Below, one piece after another: positions 1 to 9,171 of a stretch of DNA of 64,000 nt. Both the position numbers and the translations under genes were made by a program. How positions within the stretch are numbered: the first letter of the stretch is position 1; each line of letters starts with the position of its first letter. The notes under the pieces are model-generated. The model was not told the origin of the DNA. It worked only from the letters and a program-made list of their open reading frames with translations, and searched no databases. This DNA is from an uncultured virus (IMG/VR IMGVR_UViG_3300046501_000595) (taxonomy: Duplodnaviria; Heunggongvirae; Uroviricota; Caudoviricetes): IMG/VR virus record IMGVR_UViG_3300046501_000595. The stretch is one strand, 5' to 3'.

Positions 1-412
1 CGCCGTTGGCGTCCAAAAGCAAAGACTTCTCGCTGTTCCATAACCCGCTCATGAGTAGTCGGCCATCGTCGCTGGTGACTTTCATCAGAGGCGCATCTGG
101 GAACACCGAGCTCAAGGCTATCGTGAGGCCAGAATTGGACTTGTACGCGAAGATGGTTTTCAGCACCTGACCGTAACGATCTTTGTTCCCCATTTGGTCA
201 TAGAGAGCATCGCTGTCATCAAGAGGTACAGGGAACGCATCGATCTCGCCTGACAGGAATCGGGAGACGAAATCAACGGCAGACTTAGCATCACCAGGCT
301 CCAGGAACTGCGTGTTGGTAACCGCGTCCAAAATTGAGTCGAGGTTCTTTGTGGCGCTATCGAGGCCTGCTTTTAACTCGAAACGGTCAGCTCCGTTGAT
401 CACGTTACCCAT
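1..412 (-). CDS. Partial hypothetical protein (runs off the left edge), paralog of 2552-3181
   Basis: Hand translation from ATG at 412 with GAGGAA RBS: MGNVINGADRF...RFLSGEIDAFPVPLDDSDALYD...IALSSVFPDAPLMKVTSDDG...LLDANG; absent from the ORF track. Confidence 0.75.
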   Translation of the reverse strand, partial: MGNVINGADRFELKAGLDSATKNLDSILDAVTNTQFLEPGDAKSAVDFVSRFLSGEIDAFPVPLDDSDALYDQMGNKDRYGQVLKTIFAYKSNSGLTIALSSVFPDAPLMKVTSDDGRLLMSGLWNSEKSLLLDANG

Positions 413-512
413 TACGCTTCCTCGTGTTTCGCATTGACTACTGAATCCAGTATACGGATCGCCGCGTGATCACTGCTACGAACCGATTGTTTTTGGCCGC
501 CAGAAATTTAGA

Positions 513-1370
513 CTACCCCTTCTGAAAATCTTGAATATGTCGGCGCAGCACGCTTAGGAATACCGCTGTTTCCATCTGCAATGCCGTCCTTGGGGCCTTG
601 TGCTTGCCTCGTGGCAGAACAAGCAGCGATGCCGCAGTATCTCGACCTGGCACGAGGGGCCAAATGATCCTGATGGCTTCACCGTAGACAGAGTAGTCCT
701 CGCCCACTACCTCGGAGAGATCCCAGGCATCGGTGTCCTCAGTGATGTGGTAAACGTTGGCCAGGCCGACCAACTGCTCTCTCAGGCGCTCTGGATTGAT
801 CGGTGGGTCGCACGACCAGTTGCTACTTATGACGATAAGAGGCGCTTTGCGAAATGGGTTCACGACGTCGAGCAGGAATTTTTCCGCCGTCGCCAGCGTA
901 AGCGGCTTTGTGTACAACCCAGGTGTTGCCCCTACCGGCCTGCAGGTCTCCATCAGGTTTACGATCAGTCTAGGACGAGAAGAGTTCTGGCCACGTTCAG
1001 CGTTGCCTGCGTTACTGACCCGGAGATTCACGGTGCATTCGACCTCATGGTCACCAAGCTTCTGGCTTATTAGAGCTTCGGTGATCCAGCGGCGTCCCTC
1101 AATGTTGCGGTCATCGTGACTGTAGACTGCCTTGAGGTTCTCACCCTGGCTGTCATCGGTCACGAAGGTTTCGAGTCGGCCATTCTCAGGAAGGCTGTAC
1201 TCGCCGGCGCCGAGCATCAATTCGTCAGGAGAGATGAATACCCGCGTTTTCCATTTGATCCATGCAGCAAATTCAGAAACCACTTTTCTGAAGCCATCCT
1301 CAGGCTCAAGGCGTAGGCAGTTGGAGTAGATGAGAGTCGTCTTGATAGAGGGTTCAGCTACATCAATCAT
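513..1370 (-). CDS. Hypothetical protein
   Basis: 285 aa ORF with globular composition. Confidence 0.75.
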   Translation of the reverse strand: MIDVAEPSIKTTLIYSNCLRLEPEDGFRKVVSEFAAWIKWKTRVFISPDELMLGAGEYSLPENGRLETFVTDDSQGENLKAVYSHDDRNIEGRRWITEALISQKLGDHEVECTVNLRVSNAGNAERGQNSSRPRLIVNLMETCRPVGATPGLYTKPLTLATAEKFLLDVVNPFRKAPLIVISSNWSCDPPINPERLREQLVGLANVYHITEDTDAWDLSEVVGEDYSVYGEAIRIIWPLVPGRDTAASLLVLPRGKHKAPRTALQMETAVFLSVLRRHIQDFQKG

Positions 1371-1541
1371 TGAATGGGCTACCTTGCCTGCCCTGGGTCT
1401 AAACCAGGGGCATAGGGATATTGGGGGTGGAACATACGATTTGGCCTGGAATTATAGGCCCTACAGCCATTTACCGCACCTTCCCCTGTCCTTTCAATCG
1501 AGGAAAATGTCAGAATCCCCCGACCAAACCCTTTCAATGGA

Positions 1542-2555
1542 ATGACAAGGCTTGCCACGATGCCGCCACAACTGAAAAAACCCACGTATGACGTCTACCC
1601 GCTGTTCTGGGACAGGACTATCGCTTCTTCCCGTAAGGGCCTATCTAAAAGTGAATCCTCTAAAATCACCGATACCGAGCTGATAAGGCGTTACTGCCGT
1701 TTAAACCCAGGCTTCACCGGTGAGCATGGCTTTTACTCCCTCGCCGAAGATCGTTACTTTAAGTCCGGTGGAAGCCAGGTCATTTTTCCTGAATCATCGG
1801 TCGTCCTGGATAACCTTCTGAAAGCCCGATACGCGATGCAATCACCTGAAGGGTTTACCCTGCCCTTTAGCAGCCTCGTTTTGTCGCCCATGCGTGGCTA
1901 CAGATACCAAGGTGTCGAAATCCCCAGCATCTTTGCCACATGGGTTCCGAGTGCACAGTACCGTTCCGAGATTCTTGATCCCTTTCTTGGTGAGCTCGGG
2001 GTTGCTCCATCGCAGGTTTCTTACGAGGATCTCCCGGATCAAGGGATGCTTATCATCTGCTATGCGATAAGGAACGGCGCCGGCCATAGGCGCACAGCGA
2101 TCTACGGTGAAGACTTGCCTGAGCTTTTGGCTGCAAAAGACTCGAATGCTTTTGTTGCATCGATGCGTCGACTGTCGCTCATGCACCCAGATCAAACGCC
2201 CGATGATGACGAAGTGAAGCGGCAATTCTTTTGCCTACGATTGATCGCAGCCCTGGGTGTTTACCACTTGGCTACCGAAGGGCGTCGTTTAAGACTTGGT
2301 TTCCCCACGACCACACAGCCAAGGCTTGATGGGCGCAAGCCTGGGCAGGCGATGAGTCCAATAACCCTAACGAATGCGCTTCCAAGTTTTGGAGAAGGTG
2401 TGACCCCGGTAGGTCATTTCAGAACCTGGTACTTCAGGCAACTGCGCGACAAAATGTACTACCGGGGAGAGTATGAGCACTTACCCCAAGGCTCCAGGTA
2501 CACCTTCGTGACTGAAGCTCTTATAGGCGACTTGACCGCTAACACTCAGGCTTAA
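1542..2555 (+). CDS. Hypothetical protein
   Basis: 337 aa ORF; C-terminal GHFRTWYFRQLR resembles His/Arg motifs of phage and plasmid hypothetical proteins. Confidence 0.75.
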   Translation: MTRLATMPPQLKKPTYDVYPLFWDRTIASSRKGLSKSESSKITDTELIRRYCRLNPGFTGEHGFYSLAEDRYFKSGGSQVIFPESSVVLDNLLKARYAMQSPEGFTLPFSSLVLSPMRGYRYQGVEIPSIFATWVPSAQYRSEILDPFLGELGVAPSQVSYEDLPDQGMLIICYAIRNGAGHRRTAIYGEDLPELLAAKDSNAFVASMRRLSLMHPDQTPDDDEVKRQFFCLRLIAALGVYHLATEGRRLRLGFPTTTQPRLDGRKPGQAMSPITLTNALPSFGEGVTPVGHFRTWYFRQLRDKMYYRGEYEHLPQGSRYTFVTEALIGDLTANTQA

Positions 2556-3181
2556 CGCGAGGGCCCTTCGAACCCTTCATGGTTGCATTCGGGGGCTTTC
2601 TTGGCAGTCAGGGCGTCGAGGTGCTCATCCATGAACTGGGAGGCAAAACCGAATAACTCCAGGGCATGCCGGCAGTGTCTCTCGTCGAATAGACCGTAGC
2701 CGATGACTTCAGAGAGGGTTGTCGGCTCAATCCTGATCCCCGCGTGCCCGGTGATGCGCTCCCACTGAGCGATGAGGTTTGCCGAGCTGATGACACCGTT
2801 CGCGTTAAGACAGTCTCCAGCGCTTCCCCCTACCCCTGGACGCTTATTAGAGACACATGTGTGGAGCGGTACACCGGCAGGGTCGACTACCTTTACGAGG
2901 TGTAATCCAGGTACCTGATCGAAGAGCGCAACGGCCATGGATTCGCACAGACTGTTCGCATAGCACAGGGTGATGTTCATCAGCTGGTTGTGCACCGCTG
3001 GGTCGACATCCTGTAGGTCGTGCAGTGCAGCACTGTCCTCAAGCATGCAGTGGAAGGCTGGGATCTCTCCAGCGACAAACCTCTCTCCAAAAGCTATCCC
3101 GGCTTTGCCGGAACCAACGACTGCCCTTGGCTTGGCCTTCGCTGCATTCAGGACGACTTTCAGTGTGCTGCTCGATTTCAT
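2552..3181 (-). CDS. Hypothetical protein, possible papain-like Cys-His-Asn fold
   Basis: Likely start MKSSST at 3181; motifs SLCESMAVAL, LHTCV, LNANG; tail HEGFEGPSR. Confidence 0.65.
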   Translation of the reverse strand: MKSSSTLKVVLNAAKAKPRAVVGSGKAGIAFGERFVAGEIPAFHCMLEDSAALHDLQDVDPAVHNQLMNITLCYANSLCESMAVALFDQVPGLHLVKVVDPAGVPLHTCVSNKRPGVGGSAGDCLNANGVISSANLIAQWERITGHAGIRIEPTTLSEVIGYGLFDERHCRHALELFGFASQFMDEHLDALTAKKAPECNHEGFEGPSR

Positions 3182-3365
3182 TCTTGATCCCTGACTCTTA
3201 TTTTTTGATTGTCTGGTGCAAGGATTTAGTCTACTGGGTGCCAGAAGTCGGTGTCGAGGTTGCAAGGGCGTTTCTGTGGGTTGGTTGGATTCTGTCAATT
3301 TACGGCGTATCTTTACGCCTCTTTGGCCGTCTGGCCCTTTTAAAGAAACGCTCAGGAGTCCCCTT

Positions 3366-3740
3366 ATGCAGCATGAAACCCTGCTGGTTGGTTCAGCTCT
3401 CACACTCGATACCGGCACATACACAGCTGATGCTTATCGGCAGCCTGATGGCAGCTGGGAAATCCATGGCGCCGGCGCTGCTGGGCTCTTCCAGATCATG
3501 CTTGAGGATGCTGAGCGGGTTAGCCGAAAAGTTGCTTTTCTACCACGGCAGGCTCTTAAGAAATCGATGCGGGCTGCGAAACTCAGTCTTAAGCGTACTG
3601 GGGCCTGCACGCTGTCGGACGGAACAGAGGTGTGCTGTTCGTCAATGCTAACGAGGAAAGTTAAAACCCACTCGGTGCCAAGTTTTGAAAACGCTCAGGG
3701 CATGATGAAGTTTGGCGATTCAGCGGTGGGCGCAGAGTGA
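3366..3740 (+). CDS. Hypothetical protein
   Basis: AGGAG RBS before ATG 3366; coupled to the next ORF by GTGA overlap. Confidence 0.65.
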   Translation: MQHETLLVGSALTLDTGTYTADAYRQPDGSWEIHGAGAAGLFQIMLEDAERVSRKVAFLPRQALKKSMRAAKLSLKRTGACTLSDGTEVCCSSMLTRKVKTHSVPSFENAQGMMKFGDSAVGAE

Positions 3741-4006
3741 AGGAGTCGACTGCAAAACTGGTTTATGCCGTCCTGATCGAGGAATGTGGGGCCAGGCCAG
3801 ACGCTGAGATCGCATTCGTGCAAGCTTTCAGCCGAGATGCAGAGCTTCCAATGGAGTTCAGGATTAATGGAAGCCTGGGGTTCGGCGGCAAGTTCCGGTA
3901 CCCGGCTTTGAGCGTGGATTGCTATCCGGAAGACATGACGCCGGCACGCGCAAAGATGATCGCCTCAGCGAATGAGCGCCTCTCGATTCATCGAAGTTCT
4001 GACTGA
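3737..4006 (+). CDS. Hypothetical protein
   Basis: 89 aa; EFRINGSLGFGGKF motif; translational coupling. Confidence 0.7.
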   Translation: MKESTAKLVYAVLIEECGARPDAEIAFVQAFSRDAELPMEFRINGSLGFGGKFRYPALSVDCYPEDMTPARAKMIASANERLSIHRSSD

Positions 4007-4069
4007 CTGAGCCCTGGTCGCAGCATTAGGATTTCGATAACTGACACCGAAATCCTTATTATCGATGGA

Positions 4070-4753
4070 TTAGACTCGCTGCAGTGTTGGCACGAGCCGC
4101 TCCAGGTCAATGGCGCACATCATCTGGTTGAAGTCCCGGTACCACTTCAAGTACGTCGCGAAATCACCGTCCTGGGGCGACGTCAAAACTCGCTGCAAGT
4201 ACACAAAACCGGTCGCCATCGGGATGTACTCAAGATCTGGCACCCCTTCCTTCCCTGTGTAGTAGATCGCTTCTTCGAATGTGAGAGGGATCTGTGCTGC
4301 CGGCGACTTGCGGTGCTGCGAAGCCAGAATCGTGGCGTCGATGACTAAGCCGTTTTCAAGAGTGATCCAGCAATGCGCGTCGATTGGTTTCCCAATGGGA
4401 ACGCCGTTAACCATATCGACCTGGTAACCACCGTCAAGGTCGCTGGCAAGACGCTCACGGGCGATGTTGACGTAGAGACCGTCTTTGAGGCGAACATCGC
4501 CTACGGTCACCGTGTGGCGAATCTCCATGGCACCGATGATGTACGACAGTTCGCGGGCGATGAGGAAGCAGCGGCCAGGGAGATCGTCAGTCGAGTCGAT
4601 AAACTGCTGGAAGTCTTTAGCGATGGTCGCTACCAGGGCCTGGACGTCGACCTTAAAGCTCGGGTCAATCCGGAGCGGGTAGTTCGACATGCCGGCATAA
4701 CGAAAGTCAGTCCAAGAGCGGGCTTCGTTAAAGCGGGAGATGTAGTCAATCAT
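4070..4753 (-). CDS. Transglutaminase/papain-like hypothetical protein
   Basis: GRCFLIA, DAHCWITL, VIDAT give Cys-His-Asp order; start trimmed to lie downstream of the terminator at 4806-4828. Confidence 0.55.
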   Translation of the reverse strand: MIDYISRFNEARSWTDFRYAGMSNYPLRIDPSFKVDVQALVATIAKDFQQFIDSTDDLPGRCFLIARELSYIIGAMEIRHTVTVGDVRLKDGLYVNIARERLASDLDGGYQVDMVNGVPIGKPIDAHCWITLENGLVIDATILASQHRKSPAAQIPLTFEEAIYYTGKEGVPDLEYIPMATGFVYLQRVLTSPQDGDFATYLKWYRDFNQMMCAIDLERLVPTLQRV

Positions 4754-4805
4754 GGTGGCTCGATTCCATTCGGTTCGGGCCGCAGATATTAGCTGCTTTG
4801 ACAGC

Positions 4806-4908
4806 AAAAAACCGCCCATTAGGCGGTTCTTAGTTCGTTACTTTCACAGGAGACGGTATTAGCCGTGTCGCCGAGGTGGAGTCCTGCTCTCTTAGCTCGA
4901 CCGAGTCA
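4806..4908 (-). ncRNA. Candidate sRNA, about 100 nt
   Basis: TTGACT(4941-4936)-17 nt-TAATAT(4918-4913) promoter, no ORF with an RBS, then terminator AACCGCC-TAAT-GGGCGGTTTTTT. Confidence 0.5.
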
Positions 4909-4965
4909 TTAAATATTACAGAGCCCACAAGCACCAGTCAAGTATCTGCAAGGCTCTAGGACGGG

Positions 4966-5406
4966 TCAGTTGGTGATGTCACGAATCCCAACAGGATTGA
5001 AAATATGAGCGATCTGGCCGTCCAGTTCTTTCGCGAGATCACCAAGCAGGCAGACCTTCGCCTGATCTGGCTGCGTGTCCAGGAACCGACTGATTTTCGT
5101 CAGCAGCGGCGTTGGCCCTAGGCGCATTTCCAGGACTATCAGATCACCGTCATTGCCGAATGGGAGGTTCAGCATCGACTCAAGAGCAGCCTTGCCTATC
5201 AGAGTGAGCACAGGCCCTTCTGGAGTCATTTCTCCGCCAGACCAGCTGACATAAATGGTTTTGCCTTTGTAGTTGAGCTCAAATACGGTGAAACTCATGG
5301 CGGCGCCTTTATCGTGGCCGTAGGCGGCAATGATCTGCTCCATGGTGTCAACATTAGGCTTGGAACCGATAATGAGCTTCATGTCGATTTTTTGCATCAG
5401 GGTCAT
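4966..5406 (-). CDS. Hypothetical protein
   Basis: 146 aa ORF. Confidence 0.7.
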   Translation of the reverse strand: MTLMQKIDMKLIIGSKPNVDTMEQIIAAYGHDKGAAMSFTVFELNYKGKTIYVSWSGGEMTPEGPVLTLIGKAALESMLNLPFGNDGDLIVLEMRLGPTPLLTKISRFLDTQPDQAKVCLLGDLAKELDGQIAHIFNPVGIRDITN

Positions 5407-5470
5407 CCGTGTGTTGCGTTAATTTGGGTAGGCGGAAGATCGACGCCTGAGTGGGCGTAGTTTATCTCTT

Positions 5471-5863
5471 TTGCGGGAATTTGCGAAGACACAAACTCAC
5501 GGAATGCCCGAATTCACTGGGCTAATCGTTGATTTGATGACTGTCAATTTACGACCATTATCTCGGTGTGGTAATGTCTCGCCCTCTTTTGACGGGCTGA
5601 AGAGGCTGCAACCCTCAATGATGCAACACATCCGCCACCGACATGACGTCCATGCCGATGAACTTGAGTCCGTTTACGGCACCTGTCCCCATGGCCGGCA
5701 AGCATTGCTCACCTGGCTGAGCGAACAGAATGACCTTGCCGAGCACATCAATGCCTCACCTACTGTCTTTTTCGGGATGATCGAAATTCGATATGAGCGC
5801 TGGGTGCTGACGGGTAACCATGGTGGCTCTAGATCGCCGCTACCGGCAGCCTGGCCGGCCTAA
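5471..5863 (+). CDS. Hypothetical protein (start uncertain)
   Basis: ORF fills the gap; the true start is probably downstream. Confidence 0.4.
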   Translation: MREFAKTQTHGMPEFTGLIVDLMTVNLRPLSRCGNVSPSFDGLKRLQPSMMQHIRHRHDVHADELESVYGTCPHGRQALLTWLSEQNDLAEHINASPTVFFGMIEIRYERWVLTGNHGGSRSPLPAAWPA

Positions 5864-5919
5864 TAATCCGCTTGCCATGGTCTTAAATCTGTACTATTTT
5901 CTCGCCTCGCTTAATCGAG

Positions 5920-6351
5920 ATGCAGATCATGGTCACCAAAGTCGTGAAGAGCCAAAAGCCAAAGGAAGACCTCTCAGGTTTCCAGGGCAACGAACTGATG
6001 CACGAACGTGTGCGCAAGGCTCGTAAAGACCTGCAGATGACGTTCCAGACCTTCTCTGAAGCGACTCACATTCCGATTTCTACCCTGAAGAACTATGAGC
6101 TCGGCCATTCCAAACCTACGGCTGAGAACCTCCAGAAGCTGTATCACGCTGGCGTAAATCCTATGTGGGTTCTGCTTGGCCATGAGCCAGTGTTGAGCAA
6201 ATCGCCTAACGTTCGCTTTATGACAGTCGCACAAATGGCTAAACGTAATTCCAATAGAGCCGCAAGGATGCAACAAGCGAGCTCGCAACAGGATGTTCCC
6301 GGCACCGCCGACCTTTCCGATACCCATGCGCAGAGCCCGAAGGCTGACTGA
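5920..6351 (+). CDS. XRE/Cro-C1 HTH transcriptional regulator
   Basis: RVRKARKDLQMTFQTFSEATHIPISTLKNYELGHSKP...VNPMWVLLG. Confidence 0.85.
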   Translation: MQIMVTKVVKSQKPKEDLSGFQGNELMHERVRKARKDLQMTFQTFSEATHIPISTLKNYELGHSKPTAENLQKLYHAGVNPMWVLLGHEPVLSKSPNVRFMTVAQMAKRNSNRAARMQQASSQQDVPGTADLSDTHAQSPKAD

Positions 6352-6399
6352 GGTCAGCAACGCTTCTGGTAATGCAGTCCCCTGCCCAATGAAGGATTC

Positions 6400-7107
6400 A
6401 TGATGAGCAATAAAAACGAGCGTCACACCAAGGATCACTACGACCGGAATCCCAAAGAGCTTCCACCGGAACTGAAGGGTCTTGATTTCTATGCGGTGAA
6501 CAAGATCCGCTTGAACGGGAATGACAACAGAACGACTCTTTTTGAGTTCCGCCCAAAGCAATTCAGAGCGCTGCTTGAGAACATTGATCAAACCGTTAAG
6601 AAAATGGTCTCGGATGCCACCAAAAAACTCAAGGCAAAGCTGAAGGGTTTGAAGTCTGAACTGAAAAAGGCCAATGAATCCTTGGTGGATCTCGAAGAGA
6701 GTCTGGATGAGGCCATTGCTGAGCGTGATGAGGCGCTGGCGGAAGTTAAACTGCTCACCAAGAAACCCAGCAAAGCTGCTGAAGATCCCAAAAAGGTCAA
6801 AGAACTCGAGCGAGAGCTCCAAAGGATCAAAGGGCTTTTTGAGCAGAAAAATGATGAAAACAAGAGTTTAAACAGTCAGCTTAAGAACCTTCAGGCTGGG
6901 GATCAGAAGGACAAAAACGATCTGAGCAAAGCTCTAAAGGCCAACGCTGATCTCAACAAGTTCCTGTCCGACTTAAAGGCTGTGCTCGTTCAGCAAAAGG
7001 TTATACCGGAGGAAGTCGTCCAGGAGTCATCTGGAATGAGTACCGCTGGTACCGTCCTTTCAGGCAGCACCATTAAGATCACATGGCCGAAGCCATACCG
7101 TGGCTAA
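6400..7107 (+). CDS. Coiled-coil protein
   Basis: Long K/E/L heptad-rich central region; directly downstream of the HTH gene. Confidence 0.75.
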   Translation: MMSNKNERHTKDHYDRNPKELPPELKGLDFYAVNKIRLNGNDNRTTLFEFRPKQFRALLENIDQTVKKMVSDATKKLKAKLKGLKSELKKANESLVDLEESLDEAIAERDEALAEVKLLTKKPSKAAEDPKKVKELERELQRIKGLFEQKNDENKSLNSQLKNLQAGDQKDKNDLSKALKANADLNKFLSDLKAVLVQQKVIPEEVVQESSGMSTAGTVLSGSTIKITWPKPYRG

Positions 7108-7155
7108 TAGGCTAAATCAGGCAGCCAGGCCTTAGCAGAGCCCGGCTGTACGCCC

Positions 7156-7932
7156 TCAAGGAATTAGCAGGCCCTGCCCTGGGTGAAGCTTCTCGATGTG
7201 CTTGTTGAGCTCGGCCATGGATACGTCCACCCGCACCACGCTCAGTTGCCCCTTCCCTCGCCACTTCCGTGTCTTGCCCTTGTAGGCGCCGGTATCAATG
7301 GCCACGAGGTTACCCAGGACGAGTGGGCGCCTGACAATGTTATGCCCAACATACACTCGCTCCACCCCCGGCACCGGCGTGCAGTCCTTGTTTTTGACGC
7401 GATCACGGTTGCTCAGCAACAGCCGGCGCTGCTCGAAGTCAGGGTGATTGATCAGGTCGACAATGTTGTCCCAGTGCATGCCGCTTGGAACGTCCGCGTG
7501 AATCATCCCGACACGGCCAATCTTCGTTTCGAGTTCGGTGGCGATAGGCAGCTTGCTGACCTTATCGATGAATGCTCGGCGAAACTCCGGTGACGTCTTC
7601 GCCCACCAGTCAAAACCAGAGCCCTTGTAGTCCAGTGCATTTTTAAGCTCAGCTGCTGAAGGGTTGCCATTCCGGTAGAGCTTCAAGATGAAGGCTTCGT
7701 GATTGCCAATAATTGGCTTCCACCAGTCCTCGTCCAGGTAGTCGAGCACCATCTCGTTATGAGGCCCTCGATCAACCAAATCTCCGACCGGGAAAGCAAG
7801 ATCGACCGACTTATCGAAGCCGACTGCTTCCAGTCTTTTCTTGAGCAGCTTGTAGCACCCGTGGATGTCACTGATAGCAAAGCTCCGGCCCTTAGTGTTG
7901 AGCGGGAACCTCTGAATCCAATTCTGTTGCAT
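7156..7932 (-). CDS. Ser/Thr protein phosphatase, calcineurin-like metallophosphoesterase (PphA/NinI-like)
   Basis: SDIHG, GDLVDRGP, GNHE, HAD, GHN and IDTGA motifs. Confidence 0.92.
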   Translation of the reverse strand: MQQNWIQRFPLNTKGRSFAISDIHGCYKLLKKRLEAVGFDKSVDLAFPVGDLVDRGPHNEMVLDYLDEDWWKPIIGNHEAFILKLYRNGNPSAAELKNALDYKGSGFDWWAKTSPEFRRAFIDKVSKLPIATELETKIGRVGMIHADVPSGMHWDNIVDLINHPDFEQRRLLLSNRDRVKNKDCTPVPGVERVYVGHNIVRRPLVLGNLVAIDTGAYKGKTRKWRGKGQLSVVRVDVSMAELNKHIEKLHPGQGLLIP

Positions 7933-7941
7933 GGAAAACCC

Positions 7942-8556
7942 TTAAACTGACTTCTGTCTGGCGATCAGCATTTTGGCGAAGCTGGCCAGATCTTGTAATG
8001 ATGACTCCGCCGCTCGATCCAGATACCACCCGCGCATGCCAAATTCGCTCGGGCCGGCCTGATCGCACCGCTGTGAATCGCCAACCATGTCGACCATGGA
8101 AGGCTGAACACCCAACCTGGTGCACACGTCCTGGTAAATCTTGGCGTCCGGTTTAACCGCGCCCACCTCGAAGCTGTAGCTGTATCCATCCAGATCCGGG
8201 TAAAGGCGCTCTATGGCAGCAGCGTAAGGCTTCGCCAGGTTGCTGCATACCGCGACCTTGAAACCGGCGCCTTTGAGCATAGCCACCGCCTCCAGGCCGT
8301 CCTTGAAGGCCGTAATTTCCGACAGCTCGGTATCCAACTGCTCTTGAATGGCTTCCAGCGCCAGCGGGTCGACCTCGATCCCAAGATGCAAAGCAGCCTC
8401 CTCCAGCCCCCACGGGTTGGTCATTAGCACTTTCGCATCATCTGGCTTTGGCCGGCGCCCCTGCTTGATCCCATGCTTCAGGATCTGGCGATAAGGATGA
8501 CTCCCCTCGTGAATCTTCACCAGAGTACCAAATGCGTCGAAAATTACAGCCTGCAT
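7942..8556 (-). CDS. HAD-family hydrolase
   Basis: FDAFGTL, CSN, KPD and VGDS motifs. Confidence 0.9.
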   Translation of the reverse strand: MQAVIFDAFGTLVKIHEGSHPYRQILKHGIKQGRRPKPDDAKVLMTNPWGLEEAALHLGIEVDPLALEAIQEQLDTELSEITAFKDGLEAVAMLKGAGFKVAVCSNLAKPYAAAIERLYPDLDGYSYSFEVGAVKPDAKIYQDVCTRLGVQPSMVDMVGDSQRCDQAGPSEFGMRGWYLDRAAESSLQDLASFAKMLIARQKSV

Positions 8557-8583
8557 GGTGCGCTCCTATGCTCAGCCACTAGA

Positions 8584-8835
8584 TTAATAGCTTTCTACGA
8601 GTGATTCGATGAATTTGAGGTCGAGGGTTAAGGGCTGGATATCTAGCGCCATCCCCAACGCCGTGAGGACTCGAATGAGCGTGTGAGTTGAGGTGTTATC
8701 CCCTGACTCCAGCGCAATGATCGTCTTTCTGGCGCAGCCGGCTCGCTTCGCCAACTCGGCTTGAGTGAGTTTCTTGCCCGTACGAACCTCTTGAATTCGA
8801 TTTCCCACCATCACTGGATTGATCAGCAGCGCCAT
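8584..8835 (-). CDS. HipB-like XRE HTH regulator
   Basis: VGNRIQEVRTGKKLTQAELAKRAGCARKTIIALESG...TLIRVLTALGM. Confidence 0.88.
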   Translation of the reverse strand: MALLINPVMVGNRIQEVRTGKKLTQAELAKRAGCARKTIIALESGDNTSTHTLIRVLTALGMALDIQPLTLDLKFIESLVESY

Positions 8836-8897
8836 AATGTCACCTATATTGCACTTTTTGCTCCATTTTGATCACAATGTCCAATATAGGTGACATT
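8836..8897. promoter_or_regulatory. Inverted operator pair upstream of the HipB-like gene
   Basis: AATGTCACCTATATTG (8836-8851) and CAATATAGGTGACATT (8882-8897) form a perfect 16-bp inverted repeat. Confidence 0.7.
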
Positions 8898-8939
8898 CGT
8901 CAATCGGTTTATGACAGCCTCCACGCTAATGCCAGGCAA

Positions 8940-9110
8940 AAGTGAAAAGGGAAACCCGTCGCAGGATCTCCCCTTTCGTGTTGCGTGTCAGCCGATGCCT
9001 AACAAAGCGATACCTGGTGCTTAAAACCTGACCTCGCTTGAGGGTGCTCGCTCGGGCCCGCAGGCAAGCCTGCTCCATGTTTTATGACCACCGGGCATTC
9101 GAGTGGTCAT
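8940..9110 (-). ncRNA. Candidate structured sRNA, about 170 nt
   Basis: TTGACA(9144-9139)-18 nt-TAAAAT(9120-9115); several stems; terminator-like 3' stem followed by U residues. Confidence 0.5.
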
Positions 9111-9171
9111 TGTCATTTTATGGATATGTTCAGACCAGTGTCAACGCAGCCGGCGATGCGTAGGCCTAGGC

